A DNA stretch of 64,000 nucleotides from Asterias rubens (Eukaryota), in NCBI RefSeq assembly GCF_902459465.1, contig NC_047065.1, forward strand, positions 5,642,001 through 5,706,000, written 5' to 3'. Positions 63,773 to 64,000 of the stretch are shown one piece after another. The notes under the pieces are model-generated. The model did no database searches. It had not been told where the DNA came from and worked only from the letters and a program-made list of their open reading frames with translations. Position numbers and translations under genes: made by a program. Numbering within the stretch: position 1 is the stretch's first letter; every line of letters begins with the position of its first letter.

Positions 63773-64000
63773 AACCATTGCACAAGTAAAAACAGTCAAT
63801 ATTTGTTTTATAACACCCCAAACATTTCTAAATACTATTAAGTTACAGACCTGAATGCTACAATCCACGGACGTCACGAATACAGGTTGCGAAAACCTTT
63901 ACTGTGCTGCATGTAGTGTCATGTAATCCGAAATGGTTACAGACTATTAGGTTATCATCCTCGTACACGCAACGGACGTCTGGGTACTGCACGCCGTGTG

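Overview
Eukaryotic, AT-rich, intron-containing animal DNA. An echinoderm or similar marine invertebrate is my impression from the repeat landscape, not a verified assignment. Most entries in the ORF track are repeat-derived noise, so I rebuilt genes by hand from GT-AG junctions and phase matching. Left to right: the last two coding exons of an SLC16/MCT-like MFS transporter (+); an intronless GT31 beta-1,3-galactosyltransferase with a frameshift (-); a 2-exon GPx1/2-type protein whose catalytic Sec/Cys site is Asp and catalytic Gln is Lys (-); and a 4-exon theta/delta-like GST (-). The GST's upstream region plus exons 1-3 is tandemly amplified five times (about 6.1 kb units, 16883-47507) ahead of a single terminal exon 4. 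After the array come a 4-exon orphan gene of about 887 aa with an internal repeat (+), a 316-bp N gap, and the first seven recognisable exons of GPATCH1 (+, running off the window). Many MITEs (Kolobok-like TTAA, Harbinger-like CWG, TA-flanked, P-like), tRNA-derived SINEs and a foldback element fill the gaps. The most interesting items are the GST 5'-cassette array feeding one shared last exon and the adjacent intact pseudo-peroxidase. Array copy number and inner-unit indels may partly reflect long-read assembly error.
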